A stretch of DNA of 62,744 nucleotides, counting the filler, from Chiloscyllium plagiosum (lineage: Eukaryota), in NCBI RefSeq assembly GCF_004010195.1. It is 6 parts of 2 records of this genome, joined end to end, with 100 filler letters (N's around TTAATTAATTAA, not from the genome) between each part and the next. Parts side by side here need not be neighbours in the genome. Positions count along the whole stretch, not along the records: positions 61,068 to 62,744 come from NC_057717.1; 5 more parts are not named here. One strand, 5' to 3'. The notes beneath the pieces were generated by a model, which saw nothing but the letters and a program-made list of their open reading frames with translations, was not told the DNA's origin and ran no database searches. Below are positions 61,556 to 62,744 of the stretch, one piece after another. Every line of letters begins with the position of its first letter. The first letter of the stretch is position 1. A program made the position numbers and the translations under genes.

Positions 61556-61809
61556 TCCTAAATGTTGGTTGAATGAGCAGGTTAATTTCCTGTAAATTGT
61601 GCTCATTCCAATTTACTTTCCAATCTATCTCTGCTGATTCAGTGTTTAAAATCTAAGACTGTCTTCATCTGATGCCATTTAGTCCTAAATGTTGGTTGAA
61701 TGAGCAGGTTAATTTCCTGTAAATTGTGCTCATTCCAATTTACTTTCCAATCTATCTCTGCTGATTCAGTGTTTAAAATCTAAGACTGTCTTCATCTGAT
61801 GCCATTTAG
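61556..61809. repeat. exact 127-bp tandem duplication
   Basis: TCCTAAATGTTGG starts at 61556 and again at 61683. Confidence 0.92.
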
Positions 61810-62199
61810 AAATCCAAATATCTTTCAGCCCCTTCCTGACTGTTGGTCACTGTGTGTTGACCTGTTTCTGCCCCATCTTTCAGAGCACTTGGAAACCTCC
61901 ACATAAATGGTTATTTCTGAGTTGGTCTATGATAGTTATTTTCTCTCCCCGTTATCTTCCCTGTCCTATCTGCTTGTTTGATATATAAATCATCCGCTCC
62001 TCATGATTAGATTCCTGTCTGTAACTCATCTCCCAAACACCCCTCACACCACCCCACCCGCACCTACCACCCCGGATATCTGTCGTTCTATATTAAAACC
62101 ACCAAAACAACTGGATATCTGTTTTCAATTCCAGTATCGGTAATTCTACAAGTAAACCACACTGAAACCCTTCAATTGTATTGTAGTCTTAATTTAAGC

Positions 62200-62744
62200 T
62201 AGTCTTGGATACTGCTGGGGGGAATGACCTACAAGAGGAAAGCCATAACAGTCAGTTCTCTGGCACTGAGCCTGACACTCTGGCAAAGAAGGGAAGGGGG
62301 CAGAATAGAAAAGTACTCGTGGTAGGGGACTCGATAGTTAGGGGAATCAACAGGAGATTTTGTGGTCATGATCGGGATTCCTGGAAGGTATGTTGCCTGC
62401 CTGGTGCCAGGGTCCGATCGGGTGTATAAGGTTCTAAAAGGGGAGTGCGAACAGTCAGAAATCGTGTTACATATTGGCGCTAATGATATAGCCAGGAAAA
62501 GGATCGAGGATATAAAAAGTGATTTCAGGGAGTTGGATGGAAGCTGCAAAGCAGGACGAACAGAGTAGTGTTCTCTAGTTTACTACCGGTGCCACGAGAT
62601 AGCGAGGTGAGGAACAGGGAGTGGACATAACTTAACACGTGGCTGTGCAGCTGGTGTAGGAGGGAGGGCTTCAGACATGTAGATAATTGGGATGCCTTCT
62701 GGGGAAGGTAGGACCTGTACAAGAAGGACGGGTTGCATCTGAAC
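62200..62744 (+). mobile_element. CR1 ORF1 (SGNH esterase-like), frameshifted
   Basis: VVGDSIVRG, CCLPGARV, LHIGANDI, KDGLHLN. Confidence 0.85.

Overview
Eukaryotic, repeat-dense genomic DNA from a cartilaginous fish. The HE1-type V-SINEs, CR1 LINEs and 67-bp minisatellite are shark-like; the species cannot be determined from sequence alone. The window is six contigs joined by five artificial 100-nt spacers (N44-TTAATTAATTAA-N44), with further internal N gaps. I assembled four partial spliced genes by hand, each on its own contig. (1) A divergent RACGAP1-like gene: + strand, 11 GT-AG exons, 1063-13041, 1375 nt in frame, covering coiled coil, C1 and the N-half of the RhoGAP domain. (2) The first coding exon of GMPPA: - strand, 20455-20416, with a CpG/ETS promoter and a GC-box VNTR. 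(3) Three late exons of an NRAMP transporter, most like SLC11A1: + strand, 29268-39326. (4) Exons 2-4 of IGFBP5: + strand, 47696-54635. The rest is CR1, L1/Tx1, Rex-Babar, Gypsy and Penelope-like relics, SINEs and tandem repeats. The most notable signals are many minimal hammerhead-ribozyme motifs on short Penelope-derived inserts (some TSD-flanked, some fold-back), a probable RACGAP1 ohnologue lacking two regulatory serines, and a minisatellite that multiplies a splice donor. Comparisons with human and chicken proteins are from memory, not database searches.
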